A stretch of 60,297 nt of DNA, the filler included. It is 4 parts of 4 records of this genome, joined end to end, with 100 filler letters (N's around TTAATTAATTAA, not from the genome) between each part and the next. Parts side by side here need not be neighbours in the genome. Positions count along the whole stretch, not along the records: positions 55,095 to 60,297 come from SRR31156797_8942; 3 more parts are not named here. One strand, written 5' to 3'. Positions 57,304 through 60,297 of this stretch are shown in pieces. The translations under genes were made by a program, and so were the position numbers. The notes beneath the pieces were generated by a model that was not told the origin of the DNA, ran no database searches, and saw only the letters and a program-made list of their open reading frames with translations. The number at the start of each line of letters is the position of its first letter. Position 1 is the first letter of the stretch.

Positions 57304-57453
57304 TTCCATTACACCACCGCTACGCGCATTGTCTCTGCTGTTTCCCCGAGCATGGTAACGGTCTGTTCGGATTTCATCGTGGCGTCGAGCCGGTGGGCTG
57401 GGCTATAATCGGCCCTTGCTTGGGCGGACAGGTGTCCATCGATTGGGTTGTGA

Positions 57454-60297
<2,844 letters not shown>

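Overview
The window is an artificial concatenation of four contigs. They are joined by identical 100-nt spacers (44 N + TTAATTAATTAA + 44 N) at 9863-9962, 24020-24119 and 54995-55094, so no synteny should be inferred across them. Taxonomic calls are inferred from gene content and composition only. Contig A (1-9862, Desulfovibrionaceae-like) has a double-cubane-cluster protein plus a Cys-Cys ABC substrate-binding protein, an FmdE/molybdopterin-binding fusion plus a ModE-type HTH, a ThDP 2-oxoacid decarboxylase, an AT-rich two-gene insert (HEPN-Zn-ribbon protein plus a small repeat protein) and a selenocysteine formate dehydrogenase alpha subunit with in-frame TGA and SECIS. Contig B (9963-24019, Bacteroidales-like) has an Rrf2-ferredoxin-hcp-cupin-PepSY cluster, a second Rrf2, an acyl-CoA ligase, a frameshifted RAYT transposase with GTAG REP palindromes and a 45-46-bp REP array, and two convergent MNT-HepT modules, one bracketed by a duplicated gene 3' end. 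Contig C (24120-54994, Marinifilaceae-like) begins with an integron-cassette-like lipoprotein gene and a 21-bp-periodic tract. It continues with a glutamate-synthase pseudogene and housekeeping or transport genes (dus, trhO, BCCT plus porin, rsgA with a candidate attenuator, TonB receptor, DAHP synthase, peptidases, lgt). Contig D (55095-60297, GC-rich, Planctomycetota-like) has a secretin, a candidate 6S-like RNA, ligA and a partial ribD. The best candidates for undescribed biology are the HEPN-Zn-ribbon pair, the Bacteroidota attC-like cassette, the TA module flanked by a duplicated gene end, and the RAYT/REP array.
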